43,541 nt of DNA from a virus (Duplodnaviria > Caudoviricetes): positions 1 to 43,541 of IMG/VR virus record IMGVR_UViG_3300020016_000015; one strand, written 5' to 3'. Below the pieces are notes generated by a model that did not search any database, was not told where the DNA came from, and saw nothing but the letters and a program-made list of their open reading frames with translations. Positions 7,083-16,692 of the stretch are shown here, one piece after another (the first letter of the stretch is position 1; the number at the start of each line of letters is the position of its first letter). The position numbers and the translations under genes were made by a program.

Positions 7083-9262
7083 ACGTCATGACACCCATCC
7101 AAGGCAGCCCCGTCGGCGAAATGGAGCAGATGGAGCGACTGTTTGACAACGGGGTCATCGGTCAACTGGATGTTCAACATCCGAGCAATCCCGGCGACGA
7201 TCCAGACGCGTCGGTGTACGAATACACCGTTCGCGGGATGATCGACGACGCCAAGTCGTTCGATGAGGGTACTCTTGCCCCCGAGCGCGACGAGAATTTG
7301 CATTTCTTCTATGGTGAGACGCCCGCTTCGGAGGGCGAAGGCAAGTCCACGGCGGTGTCTACCGATTTCCGCGACACCGTGATGGCCATTCTGCCCTCCC
7401 TCATGCGCATTTTCACCTCCGACGAACGGGTTTGCACTTGCGCGCCGAATTACAAGGGCCAGGAGGAAATGGCCAAGCAGTGCTCCGAGTATCTGAACTA
7501 TGTGCTTATGGAGGATAACCCCGGCTTTTTGATCCTCCACGATATCATCAAGGATGCTCTGCGCTGCAAGACGGGCGTTACGCGTTGGTGGACCGAAACC
7601 GTGGACGATGTGACGGAGCAAGAATACCACAATATCACCTCCGAGCAATTTCAGTACCTTCTCAGCGAAAATCCGTCGGTCCAGGTGGTTCACGCGGAAC
7701 CCGATCCGCAGCAACCGGGTGTCGCAGCGGTTCTCCGGCTGCGTTTCGTCAAGTCGAAGCCCGTCATCAAGGTTATGTCGGTGCCTCTCGATGAGTTCCG
7801 CATCTCTCGGAAGGCCAAAGACGTCGAGAACAGCCCATTGATTGGCCACGATCAGGTCATAAACGTGTCAGAACTGGTCAAGCAGGGATACCAGTTGGAT
7901 GACTTGGCCGAGTACATGAACCAGTCCGCCGATGATTTTTCTACCGACCGCTTGTTCAGAAATAGCGGTTATGACGAGGGGGACTTGACCGATGCTTGGG
8001 ACGTTCGGTATGGCTGTTATTTCATTCGCATTGATAAGGATGGGGACGGCATCGCTGAGTTGCGCGAAATTCATACCATTGGTGATAATCATGTTATTCT
8101 TTACGATGAGGTCGTCCAACACGCCAACTTTGCCGTTTGGAGTCCTGATCCTGAGCCTCATACTCTGGTTGGCGATACCCCTGCCGACCTAGTGAAGGAT
8201 ATCCAAGTCATCAAGACCAATATGCTCCGCGGTTCGCTCGACTCGCTTGCCCAATCAATCTGGCCGCGAACCGTGTTTAACCAAACGACTACCAACACCG
8301 ACGACGTTCTGAACGACGAAATCGGTGCCCCCATTCGTACTACCGGCGACCCCCAATCGTCGGTGATGTCGCTTGCCCACCAGTTCGTCGGCGAGCCTGT
8401 GTTCAGCATGTTCAAGGTGATGGAGGGGCTCCGCCAATCAAGGACTGGCATTTCCGATGCATCGAAGGGCGTTGATCCTCGGGCTCTGCAGTCTACTAAC
8501 GTTACTGGCATTGACGCAATTGTTCAGGGTGCTCAAGAACGGATCGAACTATGTGCTCGCATTCTAGCCGAAACCGGCTTGAAACAGCTTTTCAGGGGTC
8601 TGCTGCGCGAAATTGTGTCGAACCCCAACCAGCAACGCACGGTTCAGCTTCGCGGGAAGTGGACGGACGTCAACCCCTCCACTTACGATCCGACCATGCG
8701 TATTTCGGTCAATCCGACGCTCGGACGCGGTTCCGACATGACGCGGCTTATGGCGTTGCAAGACGTCAAGGCCACCCAGACGGCTATCATGACCCAATTC
8801 GGTGTCGAAAATCCGCTCTGCGGCGTCCAGGAGTTTCGTAACACTATCGCGGATATGCTCGCCATCGCGAACGTGAAGAACGTCGGGCGGTACTTCCGTG
8901 AAATTACCGAAGAGCAGGTGAAGAAAATCGCGGAGACGCCGAAGGAGCCGGATGCGGCGACGCTTCTCGCTCAGAGCGAGATGGAGAAGAACCGGGTCAA
9001 GATGGCGACCGAAATCTCCAAGTCGAACTTCCAGGATCGGAAGCTCCGGGTGGACGACGATTTCCGCCGCGACGATATGATCGTAAAGGGACTTCTCGAC
9101 GCCGCCAAGATCGAAGCACAGTTCCAGGTGGACGTGAACGAAGCGGAGTTTGAAGCGGAGAACACACCGTCCGACGCGATCAATCCGCCTCCGCCCGAAA
9201 TTCAGCCGCCAGCCGCGTTGCAGCAATTGATGGGGGAACCGAGTGAACCAGCGCCTCAGTGA
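7079..9262 (+). CDS. Portal protein
   Basis: About 727 aa directly after TerL, with portal-like motifs (DALRCKTG, RTGISDASKG, RIELCARILAETG). Confidence 0.9.
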   Translation: MNVMTPIQGSPVGEMEQMERLFDNGVIGQLDVQHPSNPGDDPDASVYEYTVRGMIDDAKSFDEGTLAPERDENLHFFYGETPASEGEGKSTAVSTDFRDTVMAILPSLMRIFTSDERVCTCAPNYKGQEEMAKQCSEYLNYVLMEDNPGFLILHDIIKDALRCKTGVTRWWTETVDDVTEQEYHNITSEQFQYLLSENPSVQVVHAEPDPQQPGVAAVLRLRFVKSKPVIKVMSVPLDEFRISRKAKDVENSPLIGHDQVINVSELVKQGYQLDDLAEYMNQSADDFSTDRLFRNSGYDEGDLTDAWDVRYGCYFIRIDKDGDGIAELREIHTIGDNHVILYDEVVQHANFAVWSPDPEPHTLVGDTPADLVKDIQVIKTNMLRGSLDSLAQSIWPRTVFNQTTTNTDDVLNDEIGAPIRTTGDPQSSVMSLAHQFVGEPVFSMFKVMEGLRQSRTGISDASKGVDPRALQSTNVTGIDAIVQGAQERIELCARILAETGLKQLFRGLLREIVSNPNQQRTVQLRGKWTDVNPSTYDPTMRISVNPTLGRGSDMTRLMALQDVKATQTAIMTQFGVENPLCGVQEFRNTIADMLAIANVKNVGRYFREITEEQVKKIAETPKEPDAATLLAQSEMEKNRVKMATEISKSNFQDRKLRVDDDFRRDDMIVKGLLDAAKIEAQFQVDVNEAEFEAENTPSDAINPPPPEIQPPAALQQLMGEPSEPAPQ

Positions 9263-9497
9263 CTTAGAAATCGACAACAAGGCAGCGGAAGCCGAGTCGA
9301 TTCTTAACCACCCTGTATTCAATGAGGCCATGGAGAAAGTATATTCCAGGGCGCTAGGAACATTACTAAGTGCGGAGGTAGGTAGCTTGACAGCCAGCAC
9401 GGCCCATGCTATCATGATAGCCGTCCGTAATATTAGAAGTGAGCTTACGCAGTTCATCTCCGATAAGAAGATGCGTCAGAAATTCAGTAAGGAGTAA
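9243..9497 (+). CDS. Small conserved protein between portal and scaffold
   Basis: A..IL.HP.F motif and typical position. Confidence 0.7.
   Translation: MNQRLSDLEIDNKAAEAESILNHPVFNEAMEKVYSRALGTLLSAEVGSLTASTAHAIMIAVRNIRSELTQFISDKKMRQKFSKE
9387..9415 (+). promoter_or_regulatory. Internal promoter TTGACA-N17-TATCAT for scaffold and capsid genes
   Basis: Consensus boxes embedded in CDS 9243-9497. Confidence 0.65.
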
Positions 9498-9501
9498 TTC
9501 T

Positions 9502-10665
9502 ATGGCGGACGGCTTAGACCAAGCTGCACAGGCATTCACCGCAGTGATCAATGCTGACCCCGGTAAGGGAGGCAAAGGTCCTTCGCAGGCGAGTGGCACT
9601 CCGGATGTAGTTTTCGCCAATATCGGCGAACTGGACGCGGACACCGACGCGAAGGGCGGCGGTGACGACGACGATCTCAGCCCGGAGGAGATTCTTTATG
9701 GCCGTGAAGCCAAGAAGCCCGAAGCCGATACAAGGAATGCTCGCAAAGGAAAAGAACAAAATCGCGAAGGCGACGATGACGAATCAGATGGGGACGACAC
9801 CGAGCTTCCAGATGATGAAGACGGGGACGCCGATAACGAAGCTCCCGATGATGACGGCTCCGCTGAAGACCCCGAAGGCGCCAAATTTCTCGCGCAAAAA
9901 GTCGAAGTTTCGATAGACGGCGAGCCTGCCGAAGTCACCGTCAAGGAGGCTCTCGAAGGCTACGTTCGCACCCAGACATTCCACCGGCGAATGAACCAGC
10001 TTGACGACGCGAAGAAGATCGTTCGTCGGGCCGCCGCCGATGCCGTTCACAATTACGAGTACTCTGTGAACGTGGCGAAGCAGATGCAGGCTCATATGGA
10101 TCAAATGATCCCGAAGGAGCCTGATTGGGACGCCGAATTCCAGAAGGACCCTGCGAAGGCTAGAGAACTGCAGCGTTACTACGAGAAGGCCAACACCTTC
10201 CGCGAGTCGCTCAGAACGCAGATCGCCGACGCCGCCAAGAAGCAGGTGGAACTCAATCAGACTCAACTTGCTGCTTTCGCTGAGGAAGAAGGGCTCAAGT
10301 TCGAGCAGCAGAACAGCAAGCATTGGTCGGACCCCAAGAAGAAGATGAAAGACTTGCAGTCGATGCGCAAGACCGGCCTTTCGGCGGGGTTCAACGAAGA
10401 CGAGTTGTCGCAGGTGTACGACAGCCGAATGCTTACTGTTCTGCTGAAAGCGTCCAAGTACGATCGGATCATGGCGAGCCGCCCGCAACCCGTTCGGACC
10501 AACGCTGTGAAGCTGAAGCCAGTCGCTCCGGGTTCCGGTTCTGCTCGCCAACGCTCGAACAACAACCAAAACAGCGGTATGAACGCCGCGATGAAGAGGC
10601 TCAATAAGACCGGCAAGATCGAAGACGCTGCGGTGGTGTTCGACCAAATCATCCGCAGGGGCTAA
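9502..10665 (+). CDS. Capsid scaffolding protein
   Basis: Acidic N-terminus, V.IDGE..EVT..E...GY.R motif, coiled coil, LNKTGKIEDAA end, directly upstream of the capsid gene. Confidence 0.85.
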   Translation: MADGLDQAAQAFTAVINADPGKGGKGPSQASGTPDVVFANIGELDADTDAKGGGDDDDLSPEEILYGREAKKPEADTRNARKGKEQNREGDDDESDGDDTELPDDEDGDADNEAPDDDGSAEDPEGAKFLAQKVEVSIDGEPAEVTVKEALEGYVRTQTFHRRMNQLDDAKKIVRRAAADAVHNYEYSVNVAKQMQAHMDQMIPKEPDWDAEFQKDPAKARELQRYYEKANTFRESLRTQIADAAKKQVELNQTQLAAFAEEEGLKFEQQNSKHWSDPKKKMKDLQSMRKTGLSAGFNEDELSQVYDSRMLTVLLKASKYDRIMASRPQPVRTNAVKLKPVAPGSGSARQRSNNNQNSGMNAAMKRLNKTGKIEDAAVVFDQIIRRG

Positions 10666-10796
10666 GTTCTACACCGAGGCCCGGATACTCGAAAGAGGGA
10701 CGGGCGTCAGTTACGTAAAAGAGTCAAGTTGACCGATCACTTGTAAGGTCGACGCGATCTTTACGTTCGTGGAACCTCAGAGTAAAACCTCTTAGG
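10666..10796 (+). ncRNA. Putative structured RNA leader of the major capsid gene
   Basis: Nested complementary segments forming a multi-stem junction with a GAAA tetraloop. Confidence 0.45.
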
Positions 10797-10825
10797 CACT
10801 TCAACCACTGAACAGGAGATCGTCC

Positions 10826-11911
10826 ATGGCCCAAATCACGAGTGCATACAGCACCTATCAGGCGAAAGGTAACCGAGAGGACCTTTCGAACAGCATCTAC
10901 AACATCGACCCGTTCGACACGCCGATCATGTCGATGTCCCGCCGCCGGAATGCCAAGAACCGCACTTTCGATTGGCAGACCGAGAACCTCCCCACCGTCG
11001 ACCCGAACAACGCCCAGATCGAAGGCTTCGAGCTTATCCGGTCGGTTGCTACCCCCACGACCCGTTTGACGAACGTTGCGCAGATTTCCAAGCGCGACGC
11101 GACTGTTACCGGTTCGCAGGAGGCCGCCGACGCCGCCGGTAAGGGCTCCGAAATGGGTCACCAGATGGCGATGGCGTCCAAAATCCTCAAGTCGGATATG
11201 GAAACCATCATGTCATCGCGGCAAGCTCGCGATGACGGCGCCGATCCGAACACCCCGCGCAAGACCGAGGCGATTTGCCACTGGATCGGCCGTGCGAAGG
11301 ACAAGCTCGGAGCGGTTGCGGGCGCGGTTATCGGTGTCGTTACCGGTTTGCCGGTTCTGGCCACCGACGCTTTCGCTGCTGTCGCTGGCGCTTCTCAGGT
11401 CGCGATTACCGAGCAGATGTTCGGCGACGCGATGCAGAAGGCTTACACCAACGGTGCGAGCCCGGATACCTGCGTGGTTCCTCCGGGGATCAAGCGTACT
11501 ATTAGCACCTTCGAGGGTCGCGGCATCTCGCAGATTCTCGTCGGCAAGACCGAAGTCACGGCGACGGTTGATATCATCGCCACCGATTTCGGTCGCGTCA
11601 AGGTGATGCCGTCCAGGTGGATTCCCACCGACGTCAGCCTTATCCTGGATGCAGACTACCTCGCCACGGCGTTCTACCGGAACTTCCGCAACTACCAGAT
11701 CGCCAAGATCGGCGACGCGGAAACCCGCATGATCTTGGCGGAATGGGGTGTGGAGATGCGCAACCCGCTCGCGCACATCCTGTTCAACGGCGTGAAGCAG
11801 GGCGCGGTTATCACCACGCTCGTCAACCCGGCTGCGCTCGCCGCCTCGCAGGCTCCTCACAGCCCGGACGTTACGACGTCCGATCTGAAAGATCACCCGC
11901 ACGCGAAGTAA
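10826..11911 (+). CDS. Major capsid protein (DUF5309/SU10-like)
   Basis: GNREDLSNSIYNIDPFDTP...N..QI...K.D.E...TDFG...KIGDAE...E motifs; AGGAG RBS. Confidence 0.93.
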   Translation: MAQITSAYSTYQAKGNREDLSNSIYNIDPFDTPIMSMSRRRNAKNRTFDWQTENLPTVDPNNAQIEGFELIRSVATPTTRLTNVAQISKRDATVTGSQEAADAAGKGSEMGHQMAMASKILKSDMETIMSSRQARDDGADPNTPRKTEAICHWIGRAKDKLGAVAGAVIGVVTGLPVLATDAFAAVAGASQVAITEQMFGDAMQKAYTNGASPDTCVVPPGIKRTISTFEGRGISQILVGKTEVTATVDIIATDFGRVKVMPSRWIPTDVSLILDADYLATAFYRNFRNYQIAKIGDAETRMILAEWGVEMRNPLAHILFNGVKQGAVITTLVNPAALAASQAPHSPDVTTSDLKDHPHAK

Positions 11912-11918
11912 CGTTGAT

Positions 11919-11950
11919 CCCGCGCCTCGAAAGGGGCGCGGGTTTCACTT
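11919..11950 (+). terminator. Intrinsic terminator after the capsid gene
   Basis: CCCGCGCCTC-GAAA-GGGGCGCGGG followed by TTTCACTT. Confidence 0.8.
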
Positions 11951-11962
11951 ATGGAGGGTTTG

Positions 11963-12109
11963 ATGCCTTCGAAGTCCAAGAGGCAGGCCAAGCTTATGCA
12001 GGCTGCGGCGAATAACCCGAAGTTTGCAAAGAAGGCCGGGGTCCCCACCAAGGTGGCCAAGGAGTTCAATCAGGCCGATAAAAAGAGCAAGAAGTTCGGC
12101 CGACGCTGA
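11963..12109 (+). CDS. Small basic conserved phage protein (48 aa), below the ORF-track cutoff
   Basis: MPSKSKRQAKLMQAAANNPKFAKKAGVPTKVAKEFNQADKK with a GGAGG RBS; resembles a widespread small phage protein family. Confidence 0.75.
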   Translation: MPSKSKRQAKLMQAAANNPKFAKKAGVPTKVAKEFNQADKKSKKFGRR

Positions 12110-13587
12110 TGGATTTCGCCGATCTGTTTCGGCCTAGGCGGGGTTATGCCTCGGGGTTATTGTCCCCCGAAGGTCCATCAATGCGCTCCCGTGAATTACC
12201 CCCTACAGAGAAATTAGCTTACAAGCTTGGTCAGTTCTTTGACCCTGGAACGCCGGGTGATAAGCGAGAAATTTACGACCAAGCAAAACGAAATGTAACC
12301 GCTGCTGGTATTCTTTCGCCGCCGGTTGGGCTCGGCCTCGGTGTTCTAGATTTAGAACATGCTGCTCACAAATACAAAGAGGGCGAAGGAAGCCTTACTG
12401 ATGTTGCAATGGCGGCTCCGGGGGCATTGCCGGGGGCGGCTGGTAAGCTACCCCGATTGAGGGGTGGCTATCATGGTACTTCGTCCCCTGATAATTTTAC
12501 TAAATTTGTAAAATCTGAACGCGATATGGGGACTCATATTTCAACTGACCCCAATGTGGCTAGAGGTTATGCTATGGGGGATTACACCCCCAACAAATTT
12601 AGACAAGATTGGGCCACCATTAATAATTCTCCTGTCGGCACTGTAAGCGGTCTTAGAACTATACCTGTTGTAGCGGATATTCGCAACCCAATAAGATATC
12701 CTGGTGACCCGGTTAATTGGCAAAAGCCTGGTAATGTACTCAGGACATTAGAAGTAAATAGAATGGAAGGTTCGGTTGAGGATACTAAACGATACACCAA
12801 ATTATTAGGTGATCTGGAAAAGGTAAGTGGTAAGTCAGGTGATTGGGAAGGCAATTTTTATAATTATTTAAAAGATAGAAATGTTGATGCAATTCAATAT
12901 CCACATACAACTACCTCAACTAAAGGTACTGGGTTTAATTCATTTATGGCGCTCGATCCAGAACAAGTTATGTCCAAATTTTCTCCGGAAGGGCAGGCGT
13001 TAATAAAAGAACGCGGCGTAATTAAGCCGTCAATGTCGCTTAATTGGAACCCGATGGATCAAGCGTTTTGGAATATTAAGCATGGATTGCTTGAGGCACA
13101 GCAAGTAGCTAAAAACCCGGAATTTAAGGGATTACTTGCTAAAGGTATCCCAACAGCAGAAGAATTATCTAAAAGTATGAACATTTCGTTAAAGGCGGCG
13201 CAAAATGAAGTAGATAAGAGTATATTACAAAAATTAAAATGGGGCAGTATAGAAAAGTCATTGCCCGACAATCATTACGAAGCACAGGAAATGACCAATA
13301 GCTGGCATAAGGCAGTTGCCAATGAGATGAACCCTAGCACTATGAATTATTTCAATGAGGGAGCGTCTTGGAGTGGAATACCCAAGCATCATTTACCGTA
13401 TGTTGTACAGGAATTGGGGTACACCGGTAATGGCGAGTTATTAAATAAGAAATTAGCAGATATGTCGGCTTCGGAATACAAGAAATTTTCCAAAGCTTTG
13501 GACAACGCTGATGAGATGACGTTTCCTCCGGGACACCCTAATTTAACATCGGAACAACTAGAAGCATTTTATAAGAAAACTGAATAG
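12109..13587 (+). CDS. ADP-ribosyltransferase-like (ART-PolyVal type) protein
   Basis: YHGT...F...GTHISTDPNVARGYA...IPVVADIRNP...DAIQY...FMALDPEQV. AT-rich relative to its neighbours. Confidence 0.65.
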   Translation: MDFADLFRPRRGYASGLLSPEGPSMRSRELPPTEKLAYKLGQFFDPGTPGDKREIYDQAKRNVTAAGILSPPVGLGLGVLDLEHAAHKYKEGEGSLTDVAMAAPGALPGAAGKLPRLRGGYHGTSSPDNFTKFVKSERDMGTHISTDPNVARGYAMGDYTPNKFRQDWATINNSPVGTVSGLRTIPVVADIRNPIRYPGDPVNWQKPGNVLRTLEVNRMEGSVEDTKRYTKLLGDLEKVSGKSGDWEGNFYNYLKDRNVDAIQYPHTTTSTKGTGFNSFMALDPEQVMSKFSPEGQALIKERGVIKPSMSLNWNPMDQAFWNIKHGLLEAQQVAKNPEFKGLLAKGIPTAEELSKSMNISLKAAQNEVDKSILQKLKWGSIEKSLPDNHYEAQEMTNSWHKAVANEMNPSTMNYFNEGASWSGIPKHHLPYVVQELGYTGNGELLNKKLADMSASEYKKFSKALDNADEMTFPPGHPNLTSEQLEAFYKKTE

Positions 13588-13591
13588 CTAC

Positions 13592-13626
13592 CCCTACTTG
13601 ACAGCAGACGAAAGGTGTGCTACCAT
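13592..13626 (+). promoter_or_regulatory. Late-module promoter CCCTAC-TTGACA-N17-TACCAT
   Basis: Consensus boxes with TG extension. Confidence 0.7.
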
Positions 13627-13933
13627 GGCTGAGAGAAGCGTGATATACCAGAATGACGGTGCTGTGAAGCGCACCATGTTCTGGGAGGATACGGACCCCT
13701 TAGTGGTCCATGTCCGCACCGAACAAGACCTTACGCAAGCAATCGAGAATAATAAGAAGCTGCGTGAGTTGCATCCTAGACGCTCGACCAATAAGTTGAT
13801 CGCGCGAGGGGTGCCCATCTCCGTTGCCGAAAAGGCAATGCTAGAGCAGTGGGATGAGCAGGATTGGGCGCGTTGGCTGGACGACCCTGATAATGCCGCG
13901 TTCCGTGTTTGGCAAGGCCGGGTAGGCAGGTAA
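13625..13933 (+). CDS. Conserved phage protein downstream of the capsid gene
   Basis: EQD....E.N...WL.DPDN..FR motif. Start could be 13625 or 13640. Confidence 0.75.
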   Translation: MAERSVIYQNDGAVKRTMFWEDTDPLVVHVRTEQDLTQAIENNKKLRELHPRRSTNKLIARGVPISVAEKAMLEQWDEQDWARWLDDPDNAAFRVWQGRVGR

Positions 13934-14556
13934 TGGGTACATTTCTATCCGACAAATGCACCGAAATCCGTAACTGGTTGACGCTCGGTATTGAGCTTCA
14001 CCCAGATACGATCGTTACATCTTGGGTTCGTATGGCCGAGGAATATTTCTCCACCGGCCTTCGCGTCAAACATATGATCCAAATCGACACTTCGATCATC
14101 AAGGATGCTCGAGTGCCGCTTCCTCTGGATTGGCAGGAAATTCGCTTTGCTCGGTTCCTCCCGAGTGGACAGCCCATTCGATATCTCACCACCGATGCAT
14201 TCTTCGACATCGACCCTAACACGGCCGATCAGCGGAAGAATAAGTACGCGATTCTTGGGAATTACCTGTTGGTCAACCCCACGGATTACGTCGATGGGAT
14301 GAAGGTGGAGCTTACATACTACCAGAACATCCCGCCATTGACGAATGACCTCAACAATTGGATTAATTTTTACAGCCCCACCATTTACACGCTCAAGATC
14401 AACCACATCGCTTCGATGTACGCCATCGAAGACGAGCGCGGACCCGTTTGGGATGCGGAAGTCGTGCGGCTCGTCAACGCGATGAATGCCCAACACAAGG
14501 TGGACATGGCCAGCGGTTCCGTGCTGATGCCAGTCCGGAAGAAGTCGTTCGGATGA
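13933..14556 (+). CDS. Head-tail adaptor protein
   Basis: AE......LR...M...LP.DW.E...YY..IP.L....NW....P.IY pattern and position. Confidence 0.75.
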   Translation: MGTFLSDKCTEIRNWLTLGIELHPDTIVTSWVRMAEEYFSTGLRVKHMIQIDTSIIKDARVPLPLDWQEIRFARFLPSGQPIRYLTTDAFFDIDPNTADQRKNKYAILGNYLLVNPTDYVDGMKVELTYYQNIPPLTNDLNNWINFYSPTIYTLKINHIASMYAIEDERGPVWDAEVVRLVNAMNAQHKVDMASGSVLMPVRKKSFG

Positions 14557-14777
14557 TAGGCAGGGAATATGGAATTGGGAAGTATGGACGTAATACCTAT
14601 GATCATTGGCGCGGTAGCGGCGATGTGTGGGTTCCCATTCCAGTTAGCCCTCCGGTAGATGTTTGGGCTCCTGTGGAGGGAGCGGCCGGAACCTGGGCTT
14701 CAGCTGCTATGCCCGTCGCTGAAATCTGGGTTCCGGTCCCGGAGGCCACGCAACCATGGACGCCAGTAGATGGGTGA
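14553..14777 (+). CDS. Small Trp/Pro-repeat virion protein
   Basis: YGIGKYG N-terminus and W.P repeats; translationally coupled on both sides. Confidence 0.65.
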   Translation: MIGREYGIGKYGRNTYDHWRGSGDVWVPIPVSPPVDVWAPVEGAAGTWASAAMPVAEIWVPVPEATQPWTPVDG

Positions 14778-16692
14778 TGTTCTAACCCCCAATCTTGGTC
14801 TCATAAAGCCTGACGTCGGTGGTTCCGACGATATGTGGGGCGAGAAGCTCAACGCTAACTTCGATAAGATCGACACCGCCATCGCTGCTGGCGGAGGGGG
14901 TGATGTAACCCAGGTTTACGTCGACGCCCAAGATGCACTTCGTGTGTTGAAGGCTGGCGACGCGATGACCGGGTTCTTGACTCTTCACGCCGATCCTATC
15001 ACCGCATTTCAAGCTGCGACCAAGCAATACGTGGACGCCCACTCCGGGGGCGGAGGAGGGGGTATTCCGGAGGCACCGAACGATGGCACCGTTTATGGGC
15101 GCCGGAACTTAGCCTGGACGCGGGCAGTCGCTGTTGCTGGTGATGTTATGGTTGGTGACCTTACCATACGTAAGGCATTCCCTACTTTGTGGCTTGATAA
15201 ACCTGCAGCAGGAGCAGGTGAAGTATCTATTTATGGGACGGCGGCTACCATCGCTCAATGGGGATTAATTCTTGGCACGGGGGCAAACAACAATTTCGAA
15301 TTGAGACGTCACAATGCTGCCGGGGCTTATATGACTTCCCCGTTAGTCGTAGACCGTTTAACCGGCAAGACTTTTATTACCGGAAACACCGGTCCAGCAT
15401 TGGACGTAAGTGTGGCTCCGGGAACGAATACCAATTTCGTAGCAACATTTAGGGGCGACCCCACGCTCAATAGCGCTTGTATCGAAGTGAAGGGAACTTA
15501 TTCGGCCTATTTCGGTTCGATCGCCGGATACCCTGGTATGTTTAAGGACGCCGGGGTGAATGGTGCGTATTGGTACGACACTAATAACAGCTTTATGGGC
15601 GTCGCGGGACATATCGCGGTATGTTGGCCGAACGGGTATATTAATTTCGCTATTAATTCTGGGGGTGCTTCGGGCGCGACAGGGTGGGGGTTCCGCGACA
15701 ACGCAGGTATAGTGGAGGCTAAACATTCGGGTGGGGCTTGGGCTCCTGTTGGTGACGTAACCGGACCTGCCGCCGCAGTTGCCGATAGAATTGCTGTGTT
15801 CAACGGAGCTACTGGTAAGCTCATCAAGGACGGTGGAATCACAATTGCCGGACTATCCGCTTACGTACCGAGCGGCAATATCGCCGCGAATACGTTAGCC
15901 GGTGCCATCGCTGAGTTGGACGCCGAGAAGGTCGCCAAGGCTGGCGACACAATGACCGGCCATTTGACGTTGCCTGCCGGTCCGGCTGCTGCGAATGCAA
16001 CTCGCAAAGATTATGTGGATGCTGCTGCCGCATTGAAGCTTGCTAAGGCCGGTGATACGATGACCGGCGACTTACAATTTAATGCTGGCTTTGCGACAAC
16101 TGGTATAACACCAGCCTCTAATCCGGGGCTTGGTAATACGACTTTCGGATTTAATATGAGGCAAGACGGTTACGGGCCGATTATATTTTATAATCGTAAT
16201 AATTATGGCGGCATCTATATTGGCCAGAACATCGACGGTACTCTCCTCTCTTGGACACGAAGCGGCGCCACGGTCGGAGCCATTGGTGTTACCACTACTT
16301 CTACCAGTTATGGTACTTCATCTGACGAGCGATTAAAGGAAGATTTGAAATCATTTAATGCGGGTAATATAATTGACGACACCAATGTGTATAATTTTGC
16401 GTGGAAGGCGACTGGCGAGCGTTCCTACGGCATTATTGCGCAGCAGGCCAACGAAATATATCCGACAGCGATTATCCACGACGAGGAACAAGATTGGTGG
16501 GGCGTCGATTATTCTAAATACGTGCCAGTTATCCTACAAGAATTGAAAGCTCTGCGTGCGCGCGTCGCGGAACTCGAAATGGCGGCTGGTATCAAGCCCC
16601 CCACTATCGATCCGAAGGTTAAGTCCGCACCAAAGAAGAAGACCAAGAAGGTCAAGAAAGCTAAGTCCAAGAGAGGCATTCGTCATGGCTGA
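14770..16692 (+). CDS. Tail fibre/spike with C-terminal intramolecular chaperone (peptidase S74-like)
   Basis: KAGDTMTG repeats, EAPNDG..YGR motif, TSSDERLKED...GIIAQ...VDYSK chaperone. Confidence 0.88.
   Translation: MGDVLTPNLGLIKPDVGGSDDMWGEKLNANFDKIDTAIAAGGGGDVTQVYVDAQDALRVLKAGDAMTGFLTLHADPITAFQAATKQYVDAHSGGGGGGIPEAPNDGTVYGRRNLAWTRAVAVAGDVMVGDLTIRKAFPTLWLDKPAAGAGEVSIYGTAATIAQWGLILGTGANNNFELRRHNAAGAYMTSPLVVDRLTGKTFITGNTGPALDVSVAPGTNTNFVATFRGDPTLNSACIEVKGTYSAYFGSIAGYPGMFKDAGVNGAYWYDTNNSFMGVAGHIAVCWPNGYINFAINSGGASGATGWGFRDNAGIVEAKHSGGAWAPVGDVTGPAAAVADRIAVFNGATGKLIKDGGITIAGLSAYVPSGNIAANTLAGAIAELDAEKVAKAGDTMTGHLTLPAGPAAANATRKDYVDAAAALKLAKAGDTMTGDLQFNAGFATTGITPASNPGLGNTTFGFNMRQDGYGPIIFYNRNNYGGIYIGQNIDGTLLSWTRSGATVGAIGVTTTSTSYGTSSDERLKEDLKSFNAGNIIDDTNVYNFAWKATGERSYGIIAQQANEIYPTAIIHDEEQDWWGVDYSKYVPVILQELKALRARVAELEMAAGIKPPTIDPKVKSAPKKKTKKVKKAKSKRGIRHG

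Noticed and set aside
10666-10796. Hammerhead or twister ribozyme, or a known riboswitch
   Set aside because: The conserved catalytic cores (e.g. CUGANGA...GAAA in the right order) were not found by eye.
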